In this document: positions 46,360 through 54,913 of the stretch, piece by piece
How the letters are laid out: each line of letters begins with the position of its first letter
How positions within the stretch are numbered: the stretch's first letter is position 1
Translations under genes and position numbers: made by a program
Source: Candidatus Woesearchaeota archaeon
GTDB lineage: Archaea; Nanobdellota; Nanobdellia; Woesearchaeales; ARS49
Direction: 5' to 3'
Assembly: GCA_016215315.1 (NCBI GenBank)
Contig: JACRKG010000054.1
Coordinates: 74,305-138,304 of the forward strand
DNA length: 64,000 nt
Notes under the pieces: model-generated
Database searches by the model: none
What the model saw: the letters and a program-made list of their open reading frames with translations, nothing else
What the model was told of the DNA's origin: nothing

Positions 46360-47096
46360 AGGATCAAATTTTAGAAAAAAGGTTGGAAGAATTTTGGCAG
46401 CTTCACAACGAATTAAGTCGTACTGCTTTCATTAAAAGAACTGGATTGAAAGGTTTTGATAAAGTAAGATCTGTTTATGCCGATGGAGAGCTTGTTTACA
46501 AATTTAATTTTGGTCAATCAGAAGTAAATGCTTTGGAAAGAATTAAAGGCATAGAAAATGTTCAACAATTAGTTGTTTATGATGGACATGTTTTAGTTAC
46601 AGAGCTTATTAAAGCAAAACATTTCAAAAAAGGCACTCAACCGAAAAGAGAGCATTTAGAAAAATTATTAATAACTCTTTTAGCTTTACGAGATAAAAGT
46701 GTTGGATTCTCAGACATTTATGAAGGTAATTTATTGCACTCACAAGAACTCGGTTTTTTTCCAATAGATCTTTATTATTTAGGTTTGCCCCAAAAACCAG
46801 ATATTGAAGTGCCACGTTTAGCGTCTTGTATGAGTTGTAGTGGTCCTAAATTTTTAGACAGGTATTTAACTTTGTTAGATTTATTTTATGATTTAAATCC
46901 TAAAGTCGCTAGAGATCTTTTGAAAGATTGTGTTTCATTTTCAGAGAATTCGTTTTTTCCTGAATTTTGCGGTCTTAGCGCAACTCAAATAGATTTTAAA
47001 AAAATAAGAACAGTTTTAGAAAAATATCGCCTTTTTTGTGATCATGCACATTCATGTAAGTATACTCTTGGAGGCTATTTTAGACTAATCAAATGA
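46356..47096 (+). CDS. Protein-kinase-like-fold protein (APH/Kdo-kinase-like)
   Basis: VYKF (beta-3 Lys), catalytic-loop-like FSDIYEGNLLH (DxxxxN), and PIDL. Paralogous to 48513..49241. Confidence 0.4.
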   Translation: MKDQILEKRLEEFWQLHNELSRTAFIKRTGLKGFDKVRSVYADGELVYKFNFGQSEVNALERIKGIENVQQLVVYDGHVLVTELIKAKHFKKGTQPKREHLEKLLITLLALRDKSVGFSDIYEGNLLHSQELGFFPIDLYYLGLPQKPDIEVPRLASCMSCSGPKFLDRYLTLLDLFYDLNPKVARDLLKDCVSFSENSFFPEFCGLSATQIDFKKIRTVLEKYRLFCDHAHSCKYTLGGYFRLIK

Positions 47097-47140
47097 AAAA
47101 TGAATAAACTTTATAAACAAATAAATTGGAAGGATAAAAA

Positions 47141-48013
47141 ATGTTAGAAAGATTATTATTGGCGGCAGCAATAGCAATAAGTCCTGTTTGTGCTTTAGCA
47201 CAACAAAATAATAATGAAGCAGTTGTTGAGCACCAAAGAAGTACTTATAGAAATCACGATTATTCTTTAAAGTATTTAGGTTTTAAAGTTGGAGATGTTA
47301 ATGTTAATGCTAAAAATTTTGAAATGAATGATTTTCCTAATTCTGAAGAAGAATTAATGCAAATATTGCAACATTATGATGCTTCACAATTAGAAACAAT
47401 GAGTTTCAATTTTCAAGTAAGAGATGTAGGCAAAGTAGCTAACGCAGTTTCTAGTTTTTGGGATCAAGCTGCTTTCAAAACAATATTAGTAAACGAAAAC
47501 GGAACAAAAAGACCGGTATTATCGATAGCAGACCTGCATGATGGGAATCACACTGAAAGATGGATAACAAAATATGATAGACAAAACTTTACTGTAGAAC
47601 AAACAGTAACGAGAACTGGACAAGAAACCGAACATCACATAAGTACTTACGAAGAAAGTGTTTTCAGAAACATTCTAGATCCTTTAGCAATAATCCATGA
47701 ATTAATGACTCAACAACCATCAGTTAATGATAATTCTTTATTTGCAGGATATTTTTACAGCCCAGGAAATAGTGATACCAATTTCGAAAATTTATTCAGA
47801 GTATCACTGGGTATTGTTCAAGATGGTGAATGGAATGGAGAAATATTATTGCCTGCAGGAGTATTCTTAAAAGAAAACAGTGTTAGAGTAAGAGTACAAT
47901 ATGATAAAGAAGGAACTGCATTAATCCCGTCATACAATAATAAGCTATACTTAAAACCCGGAGACGGTCCTTTCAGTTATACGCCTAGCTGGGCATACAC
48001 TAAACCGAATTAA
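47141..48013 (+). CDS. Secreted hypothetical protein
   Basis: Signal peptide LLLAAAIAISPVCALAQQ. Confidence 0.45.
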   Translation: MLERLLLAAAIAISPVCALAQQNNNEAVVEHQRSTYRNHDYSLKYLGFKVGDVNVNAKNFEMNDFPNSEEELMQILQHYDASQLETMSFNFQVRDVGKVANAVSSFWDQAAFKTILVNENGTKRPVLSIADLHDGNHTERWITKYDRQNFTVEQTVTRTGQETEHHISTYEESVFRNILDPLAIIHELMTQQPSVNDNSLFAGYFYSPGNSDTNFENLFRVSLGIVQDGEWNGEILLPAGVFLKENSVRVRVQYDKEGTALIPSYNNKLYLKPGDGPFSYTPSWAYTKPN

Positions 48014-48015
48014 TG

Positions 48016-48486
48016 TCAAAACAAATAATAAATTCTGAACAAAATCAGAACTATTATTGAATAAAATATTATTTTCTCAGTAAAACTACCAGTAACAAGT
48101 AAGCCGTGAATTTTGAAGTTAGAAAACGGTTGAAAGAATGCAATCCCTTGAATGGTTAATGCATCACCTAACAAATGAGAAAAGTAGCCAACAAAAAAAG
48201 GCAAAGCATAAAATTCTTTCAAGAAATAAAACAATCCTCCACTTAAAATGATTGGAGGAAAAATAGAATGAAAAATACCTCTATGAGAGAATATTAAAGG
48301 AATAATTTTTGATACAAAAATCTTTTTATGAACTTTGGCTTTTGGATGGTCAAGGTCAGGAAATAAAACACCCAACTCAATAAAAATAAAGTAAATAAAA
48401 TAATCAAAAAGATTGCCAAATTTTAGCAAAGGCAAGAAAATAACTCCAAAAAGCAGTCCAAAAACAAAATGAGTTCTTGCAAGCAT
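48016..48486 (-). CDS. Membrane-bound metal-dependent hydrolase-like protein (DUF457/YdjM-like)
   Basis: A polytopic membrane protein with FPDLDH and HS...GD motifs. Confidence 0.4.
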   Translation of the reverse strand: MLARTHFVFGLLFGVIFLPLLKFGNLFDYFIYFIFIELGVLFPDLDHPKAKVHKKIFVSKIIPLIFSHRGIFHSIFPPIILSGGLFYFLKEFYALPFFVGYFSHLLGDALTIQGIAFFQPFSNFKIHGLLVTGSFTEKIIFYSIIVLILFRIYYLF

Positions 48487-48512
48487 GTAATTAACTTGGC
48501 CAAATCAAGTAT

Positions 48513-49241
48513 TTAAAGAATTCTGAAAGTTCCGGCATACCTGTTATAACTAATGTTATCTACTCTGATTCCTCCCAATTCAAAGATGTTTCTTAATTGA
48601 GAATATCCGCAAGAATTTTTTCCTAATTTTTTAAAAGAAAACAAATATTCAATATCATCACGATTAATAAAATAGTTCAGAGTTTTCTCAAATGCTTTCT
48701 TTTCAACATGATAAAGTGTTTTTAACAAACGTGCGTAAGTTTTCAAGAAATATTCGTCTGCTCTTTTTTCTTCCATGAAAAAAGCTAAATTATGAATTGG
48801 CAAAAAAGGATCATTTAATTTCTCATCCTCATTACAAAAATCAATAAGCGTAAAACCCTCTTTTTTAGAATACAACAAATTTTTTCTATGACAATCTCTG
48901 AAAGAAATGTTTTTCTTTCTTAATTTTAACAAAGTCTCGATCAAACTCTCAAGATGTTTATTTGGAACATCAGTTCCTACAACAAATTTTTTTTTATTCA
49001 CGAATTCAGAGACTAGCACGCCTTTTTCGTAAGCAACAAATTGTTGCGCTCCATTAATTCCTTTAGCTCGCTCGAGAGCTTCAGGTTCAGAAGTATCTGG
49101 TTCGAACTTGTAAACAAATTTTTTATCAGTATAAACTCCTAAACCTAATTTGTTTAAACCACTTCCAGCAATAAAATCTTTTTCAGTATTGCTGATGTAA
49201 AGAGAGCTTAATTCGAGAATCTTCTTATCTAAATCCTGCAT
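48513..49241 (-). CDS. Protein-kinase-like-fold protein, paralog of 46356..47096
   Basis: VYKF, FRDCHRKNLLY (DxxxxN), LIDFCNED. Confidence 0.4.
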   Translation of the reverse strand: MQDLDKKILELSSLYISNTEKDFIAGSGLNKLGLGVYTDKKFVYKFEPDTSEPEALERAKGINGAQQFVAYEKGVLVSEFVNKKKFVVGTDVPNKHLESLIETLLKLRKKNISFRDCHRKNLLYSKKEGFTLIDFCNEDEKLNDPFLPIHNLAFFMEEKRADEYFLKTYARLLKTLYHVEKKAFEKTLNYFINRDDIEYLFSFKKLGKNSCGYSQLRNIFELGGIRVDNISYNRYAGTFRIL

Positions 49242-49380
49242 TTTAATAAAAAATAAATTTTTAAGTTTAAATAAATGATGACAAAAAACACAATCAACTA
49301 GTAATCACTAGGCATCATTATGGTGTCGAAATATTACTTGCTATCGCAGGGCATATGAATCCTTTGATGGCTTATCACTT

Positions 49381-49411
49381 ACTTCAAACCCCGAACCACA
49401 AACTATGAACC
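49381..49411. repeat. Heptad element half-copy (reverse orientation; GGTTCGGGGTTTGAAGT variant)
   Basis: acttcaaaccccgaaccacaaactatgaacc is the reverse complement of the variant at 23167..23200. Confidence 0.6.
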
Positions 49412-49728
49412 TTTTCACTGGACACGGCTTAAACGCAAAATTTTAGCTTTATACGCCTTCAAACCCCGAAAATGGCGTTCACTGGACACTGGACATTTAC
49501 GCGTAGCCTATTTAAATAACTCTTGAACTTAGTATGTTAAGGTTAAAGGATAAGGAAAACAGCAATGAAGTGCCCTCATTTGCTGAAAACCTGATTCCTG
49601 CCTTTTTGATCACACCTCATTTAGGCCCTAAAAAACACACACCTCGACCGCGCTACCTCACCCCCTCCCTCTCCAAGGATCTCAGGAGAGATGAAATAAA
49701 AACCGAATAGGAACGGAGGAAACAAAAA

Positions 49729-49986
49729 ATGGAAAATATACAACCCGAAAAAAAGTTAAGAGCAGGCGCAATAAGCGCAACAGTTTGGAAAAATAGCCAA
49801 GTTGGCAAAGAAGGAAAAGCTTACGAAGCTTACTCTGTAAGCTTAGATAGGTCGTATAAGGATCCTAGTGGAAACTGGAAGCATGCTAGTTCGTTCAGAC
49901 TTGCAGACTTACCAAAAGCAAGACTCTTAATAGACAAAGTCTATGAAGAGTTTTCAATGAAACGAGACTCACTAGTAGAACAATAA
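49729..49986 (+). CDS. Small protein, possibly a PC4/Sub1-like ssDNA-binding fold (weak)
   Basis: Pattern ISATVWKN...YSVSLDRSYKDPSGNW...SFRLADL. Confidence 0.3.
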   Translation: MENIQPEKKLRAGAISATVWKNSQVGKEGKAYEAYSVSLDRSYKDPSGNWKHASSFRLADLPKARLLIDKVYEEFSMKRDSLVEQ

Positions 49987-50047
49987 TAAAAAAAATAAAT
50001 TTTTTTTATTTTTTTTTAAAACATAAAACATAAAAAGGTGATTAACC

Positions 50048-51109
50048 ATGGCAAACGCTAGATTGGAAGAAAAACAAAAAGAAGAACTATTAATGGAAGA
50101 AGCAGAAGCTGAAGAAGAGTTAGATACAGATGTAAAAGAAGTGTCTGCAGTGCAAAGTACAACCAAAGTTAATGTTGTTGACGACTTACCTGGAGTGGGC
50201 GCAGCAACAATTGACAAACTAAAAAAAGCCGGATTCATCGATTTAATGAGCTTAGCGCTAGCAAAACCAGGAGAATTAATTGGAGCTTGCGAAATAAGCG
50301 AAGTTACAGCAAACAAAGTAATTCATATTGCACGAGCAAACATGGAAATGTGCTTCCTAAGTGGAGCAGAATTATTAGAAAAAAGACAACAAGTACTAAG
50401 AATAACTACGGGGAGTAAAGAATTAGATAAATTATTAGGCGGGGGTATAGAAACTGCTGCGATTACAGAATTTTTTGGAAAGTATGGTTCAGGAAAAAGC
50501 CAATTAGCTCACGTTCTAGCAGTAAGAGCACAATTGCCTGTAGAAAAAGGAGGGGCTGGTGGAGTAGTTGTTTTCGTGGATACAGAAAGTACTTTCAGAC
50601 CTGAAAGAATAATACAAATAGCAAAAGGACTAAATTTGAATCCTGATGAGGTATTAAAAAATATCAAAGTTGCAAGAGCATTCAATTCAGAACACCAAAT
50701 TTTGTTATCAGAAAAAGTCGAAGATTTAATAAAAAAACAAGAACAGCCAGTAAGAATGCTAATTATTGATTCTCTGGTAGCTCATTTCAGAGCAGAATTT
50801 GTTGGTAGAGGAACACTCGCTGACAGACAACAAAAAATAAACCGACACATGCACACACTAATGAAGTTAGCAGATACGTACAATCTTGCAGTTTACGTAA
50901 CAAACCAAGTAATGGCAAAACCAGACATGTTCTTTGGCGACCCAACAGAAGCAGTAGGAGGACACATTGTAGCCCACAACTCAACATACAGAGTTTACTT
51001 GAGAAGAGGAAAAAAGGACACTAGAGTAGCTAAAATGGTTGACTCACCTAACTTACCAGAAGGTGAAGCAATATTCGGAGTAAGCGAAAAAGGAATTATT
51101 GATGTTTAA
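50048..51109 (+). CDS. radA: DNA repair and recombination protein RadA
   Basis: An N-terminal HhH ([15 protein letters not shown]), Walker [13 protein letters not shown], and a RecA-fold length typical for RadA. Confidence 0.85.
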   Translation: MANARLEEKQKEELLMEEAEAEEELDTDVKEVSAVQSTTKVNVVDDLPGVGAATIDKLKKAGFIDLMSLALAKPGELIGACEISEVTANKVIHIARANMEMCFLSGAELLEKRQQVLRITTGSKELDKLLGGGIETAAITEFFGKYGSGKSQLAHVLAVRAQLPVEKGGAGGVVVFVDTESTFRPERIIQIAKGLNLNPDEVLKNIKVARAFNSEHQILLSEKVEDLIKKQEQPVRMLIIDSLVAHFRAEFVGRGTLADRQQKINRHMHTLMKLADTYNLAVYVTNQVMAKPDMFFGDPTEAVGGHIVAHNSTYRVYLRRGKKDTRVAKMVDSPNLPEGEAIFGVSEKGIIDV

Positions 51110-51134
51110 CTTGAGAATACTTAAATATCAACAA

Positions 51135-51169
51135 CTGAGCATTGCTCAGATTTTTTTATTCTTTTTTTT
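51135..51169 (+). terminator. Hairpin CTGAGCA-tt-GCTCAG followed by a T-tract, downstream of radA
   Basis: A perfect 7-bp stem plus tttttttattctttttttt. Confidence 0.45.
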
Positions 51170-51277
51170 CAGTAAACTTTAAATACTAAAACCGAAATCA
51201 TCGTTTTTACACGGCATTCTAAGAATTCTTAGAAGAAAGCTGTAAAAAAAAATAAAGTATTGTGAGGATAGAAAAGT

Positions 51278-51691
51278 ATGTACGGAAGCGGAAGAAGTAG
51301 AGGAGGTTATGGTGGCGGACGTGGCGGAGGCGATAGATTTCCCCCTAAAGCACCATTCAATATTGGTGACGAATTTGAAGTCACTGTAGAATCTGTTGGA
51401 GAAAAAGGCGACGGTGTCGCAAAGAAGAATGGTTTTGTATTATTTGTACCAAATACAAAGCAAGGAGATACTGTAAAAGTAAGAGTAACAAAGTTGTTCA
51501 AAAAGTTTGCTTTTGCTGAAGTTGTTGGCGCAGGTCAACCTAGTGAATCTTCAGAAGCGAGCGAAGCTCCAGAAGCAAGCGAAGAGCAAAGTGAAAAACC
51601 AGAAGCTTCTGAAGAATCAGACGATTACGAAGAAGATACTTCTGAAGAATCAACTGAAGACTCTGAAGATTTTGGCGAAGATGATTCTTAA
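51278..51691 (+). CDS. TRAM-domain RNA-binding protein with a Gly/Arg-rich N-terminus and an acidic tail
   Basis: FNIGDEFEVTVESVGEKGDGVAKKNGFVLFVPNTKQGDTVKVRVTKL. Confidence 0.6.
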   Translation: MYGSGRSRGGYGGGRGGGDRFPPKAPFNIGDEFEVTVESVGEKGDGVAKKNGFVLFVPNTKQGDTVKVRVTKLFKKFAFAEVVGAGQPSESSEASEAPEASEEQSEKPEASEESDDYEEDTSEESTEDSEDFGEDDS

Positions 51692-51730
51692 ACCAAAACA
51701 TTATTAACTCTTTCTTTTTTTTCTTTTTTT

Positions 51731-52273
51731 ATGAGATTATTTGTAGCCATAGACATTCCCGAAGAAATAAAAAAGCAAATTTCTGAAGTTCAGAATAAAT
51801 TAAAATTTACTGAAGAACAAGCTAAATGCACACCATCAAAAGAACAGCACATAACGCTAAAATTTCTTGGAGAAGTTTCGAGCGCGAAACTTCAGGAAGT
51901 AAAAGACGCACTCAAGAAAATAAATTTTAGACAGTTTATTGCAAAAATTAATACTAGTGCAAGTTTTGCTAACGAACTGTATTTGAGAGTTGCTTGGTTT
52001 GTTGCTGAACCACAAAAAGAATTCAATGTGTTATATGCTCATGTCGATCAACAACTAAAATTTATTGAAACAAAAGAAGTAGAACAATTCATACCTCACG
52101 TAACACTTGCGAGATTTAAATATGTAAATGATAAAGCAGAAATATTAAAACTAGTTAAGTCTTTAAGATTGAATGCAGAATGGCCTGTGAATTCTTTTAA
52201 ATTAATCGAAAGCAATTTGACGCCTCAAGGGCCAATCTATAAAGTGATTGAGGAATATGAGTTAAGCACGTAA
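51731..52273 (+). CDS. thpR: RNA 2',3'-cyclic phosphodiesterase (LigT/ThpR, 2H phosphoesterase)
   Basis: Two HxT motifs: HITLKF and HVTLAR. Confidence 0.65.
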   Translation: MRLFVAIDIPEEIKKQISEVQNKLKFTEEQAKCTPSKEQHITLKFLGEVSSAKLQEVKDALKKINFRQFIAKINTSASFANELYLRVAWFVAEPQKEFNVLYAHVDQQLKFIETKEVEQFIPHVTLARFKYVNDKAEILKLVKSLRLNAEWPVNSFKLIESNLTPQGPIYKVIEEYELST

Positions 52274-52288
52274 AATTTCGAAGAAATT

Positions 52289-53032
52289 TTATTCAAATAG
52301 CTTTTTATAAATTTCATATCTAGGTATTTCTTTTATTTCGCAGGGTTTTAAGTTTCCTAATTCTAGTTTTCCTATTTTTGTTCTTTTTAAGTTTAGAACT
52401 TCATAGCCTAATGCTTCTACCATTCGTCTTACTTGTCTTTTTTTTCCTTCCATTATTTTTATTTCTATTTTAGTAATAACTTTATCGCTGCTTAAAACTT
52501 TTACGTCTGCAGGTAAAGTTTGGTAATCGGTTACTATGCCATTTTCTTCTAATTCTATAACAACTCCAAACTCTAAATCTTCAAGGGCTTCTGGATGTAC
52601 TTGTCCTTTAATTGTAACTTCGTAAGTTTTTGGTATTTTTTGTTTTGGGTTCAAAACTTTATCACCAAAACGACCATCATTAGTGAGTATTAGCAACCCC
52701 GTAGTTTCTTTATCTAACCTTCCAACAGGATAAAATGAATAAAGTTCTTCTTTTCCAACAAAATCTTTCAAAAACTCAAGCATGTTTTCTTTAGTAGTAA
52801 TGACTCCTTCCGGTTTGTTGATAACAAAATATTTTCTTCTATCTTCTAAATTGATTTCTTTATCATCTAATGTTATTTTTTTCTTTCTAGGATTAAGCTG
52901 AAAATGTAATGAAGTAACAATTTTATCTTCTACTTTTATTCTTTCACTTCTAACAATATCAAGTGCTTCCTTTTTTGACTTAACCAAACCCGCTTCAACG
53001 AGAATTTGGTAAATTGTTCTTTTCTTATACAT
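52289..53032 (-). CDS. Pseudouridine synthase of the RsuA/RluB family with an S4 domain (second copy in the window)
   Basis: S4-like N-terminus and VGRLDKETTGLLILTNDG. Confidence 0.7.
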   Translation of the reverse strand: MYKKRTIYQILVEAGLVKSKKEALDIVRSERIKVEDKIVTSLHFQLNPRKKKITLDDKEINLEDRRKYFVINKPEGVITTKENMLEFLKDFVGKEELYSFYPVGRLDKETTGLLILTNDGRFGDKVLNPKQKIPKTYEVTIKGQVHPEALEDLEFGVVIELEENGIVTDYQTLPADVKVLSSDKVITKIEIKIMEGKKRQVRRMVEALGYEVLNLKRTKIGKLELGNLKPCEIKEIPRYEIYKKLFE

Positions 53033-53181
53033 AGAATTTTCTTCGAAAATTCTCTAGATAAAAAGGTATTGCAAAGCTTTATAAATGATCCCTCTCTCTG
53101 GGGGTTATTACCCTTAGATTAGTTCGACTACGGGCTAGTCATTTGCTGCGGGGGTTATAATGACGCAGAAGGAGGATTAAT

Positions 53182-53775
53182 ATGGCAGATGAACAATTAT
53201 TAATAGATCAGGACACGTACTTAAAGTCTGGAATTCACATAGGTACAAAATTCAGATCAAAGTATATGGAGAAATTCATTTACAAAACAAGACCAGACGG
53301 TTTAAGCGTTCTTAACTTGCAAAAAATTGACGAAAGAATAAAGTATGCAGGAAGATTGATTGCACAATACAACCCTCAAGATGTATTAATCGTTTGTAGA
53401 AGAGAAAGCGGCTGGAAATCAGTTAAAGCATTCTCAAAATACACTGGATGCAAAGTATTTGCAGGAAGATATCCTCCAGGCATATTAACAAATCCTTTCC
53501 TAGATAATTTCATGGAAACAAAAGTAATGCTAGTAACTGACAGTTGGCCTGATAGAAACGCAATAAAAGACGCAATAGCAGTAGGAATACCAGTAATAGG
53601 ATTGTGTGATACAAACAACCAAGCAAATAATTTAGACTTGATTATTCCATGCAACAACAAAGGGAAAAAAAGTCTAGGAATAATATTCTATTTATTGGCT
53701 AGAGAATACTTAAGAAACAAAGGATTGCTAAAAGGCGAACCAGAATTTAAACTTGAAGAATTTACAGAAGAATAA
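53182..53775 (+). CDS. rps2: Ribosomal protein S2
   Basis: YLKSGIHIGTKFRSKYMEKFIYKTRPDGLSVLNL matches the archaeal uS2 N-terminal pattern; RBS ggagg. Confidence 0.8.
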   Translation: MADEQLLIDQDTYLKSGIHIGTKFRSKYMEKFIYKTRPDGLSVLNLQKIDERIKYAGRLIAQYNPQDVLIVCRRESGWKSVKAFSKYTGCKVFAGRYPPGILTNPFLDNFMETKVMLVTDSWPDRNAIKDAIAVGIPVIGLCDTNNQANNLDLIIPCNNKGKKSLGIIFYLLAREYLRNKGLLKGEPEFKLEEFTEE

Positions 53776-53785
53776 AAATTAATTT

Positions 53786-54193
53786 TTATTTTTTCTTCTT
53801 TTTATTTTTGTTATCCGTATTTTCTTTTTTCTGTCTTTTTCTTATGGTTAATAATATTAAGGTTAAGATTAACCCAATCAAGTTAATACCAATTAAGTAT
53901 TTTATTCCACCACTAGTTACGTAAAAAGAAAAATACAAAGTAAGCACTTGTTGCATGTTAAACAAGAGCGAAGTTCCGCTTGAAAAAACTAATTGCAAGA
54001 TTGGAATTTGCAAAACACTCCAGAGCAATGAAACAGCAAAACCTTCTTTTCTGTCACAAAAAACAAGAATTGCACCAACAATACCAATGATTGAATTAAT
54101 TAATATAACCCAATTTGACAAACCGTTTATTACTGCAAGCAAACTAATCAGTAGTTCGTAAATAGCAAAATAAAACAATCCTCCTTTTTTCAT
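53786..54193 (-). CDS. Membrane protein with a Lys-rich C-terminal tail
   Basis: Four TM helices; ends NKNKKKKK. Confidence 0.4.
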   Translation of the reverse strand: MKKGGLFYFAIYELLISLLAVINGLSNWVILINSIIGIVGAILVFCDRKEGFAVSLLWSVLQIPILQLVFSSGTSLLFNMQQVLTLYFSFYVTSGGIKYLIGINLIGLILTLILLTIRKRQKKENTDNKNKKKKK

Positions 54194-54265
54194 AACAAAT
54201 AATTTGCTAAAGCATTATTTAAATCTTTCTAAAGCATTAAATAAAATGTCAAGATTAAAAAAATC

Positions 54266-54913
54266 ATGACATTAATTTGCGGGCTTGAAGAAGCGGGTAG
54301 AGGTCCACTACTAGGACCGCTAGTAATGGTGGGTTTAGTAGTTGAAAAATCAAAAGAAGAAAATTTGAGAAACATAGGAGTAAAAGACAGCAAACAATTA
54401 TCTCCATTGCAAAGAGAAAGATTATTTGATAAAATTTTAGACATTGCAGAAAAACATAAAATAATAATGCTAACACCTCAAGAAATAGATGATGCATTAA
54501 ATTCTGATGATACAAACTTAAACTGGCTTGAAGCGCAGACAGGAGCAAAAATAATCAATGAATTAAAACCGGATGAAGTAATAGTTGATTGTCCAAGTAC
54601 AAACATCCCCGCATACCAAAAATATCTTTCAGATAGACTTAATAAAAAGATTCCAGTGCTTTGCGCGCATCATGCAGACGTAAATTTTCCAGTAGTAAGC
54701 GCAGCATCAATAATAGCAAAAGTAACAAGAGACCGAGAAATAGAAAAAATAAAACAAAAATACAAAATAGATTTTGGCAGCGGTTATCCTGCTGACGAAA
54801 AAACAGTCAAGTTCGCTAAAGAAAATTATGATAAATACCCTGAAATATTCAGAAAGACGTGGGCGACATACAAAAAGATTTTAAGCGACAAAGGACAGAA
54901 AAAACTTATGTAA
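54266..54913 (+). CDS. rnhB: Ribonuclease HII
   Basis: GLEEAGRGPLLGPLV catalytic N-terminal motif. Confidence 0.8.
   Translation: MTLICGLEEAGRGPLLGPLVMVGLVVEKSKEENLRNIGVKDSKQLSPLQRERLFDKILDIAEKHKIIMLTPQEIDDALNSDDTNLNWLEAQTGAKIINELKPDEVIVDCPSTNIPAYQKYLSDRLNKKIPVLCAHHADVNFPVVSAASIIAKVTRDREIEKIKQKYKIDFGSGYPADEKTVKFAKENYDKYPEIFRKTWATYKKILSDKGQKKLM

Noticed and set aside
49242-49728. GC-rich intergenic region as RNase P RNA or SRP RNA
   Set aside because: I could not find the P4 helix consensus (GGAAAGUCCGG...) or the SRP helix-8 motifs. It is retained only as a generic ncRNA candidate.
51278-51691. TRAM protein with an RGG-rich N-terminus and poly-acidic tail as a possible novelty
   Set aside because: Small TRAM-domain proteins with low-complexity tails are common in archaea; nothing unusual beyond composition.
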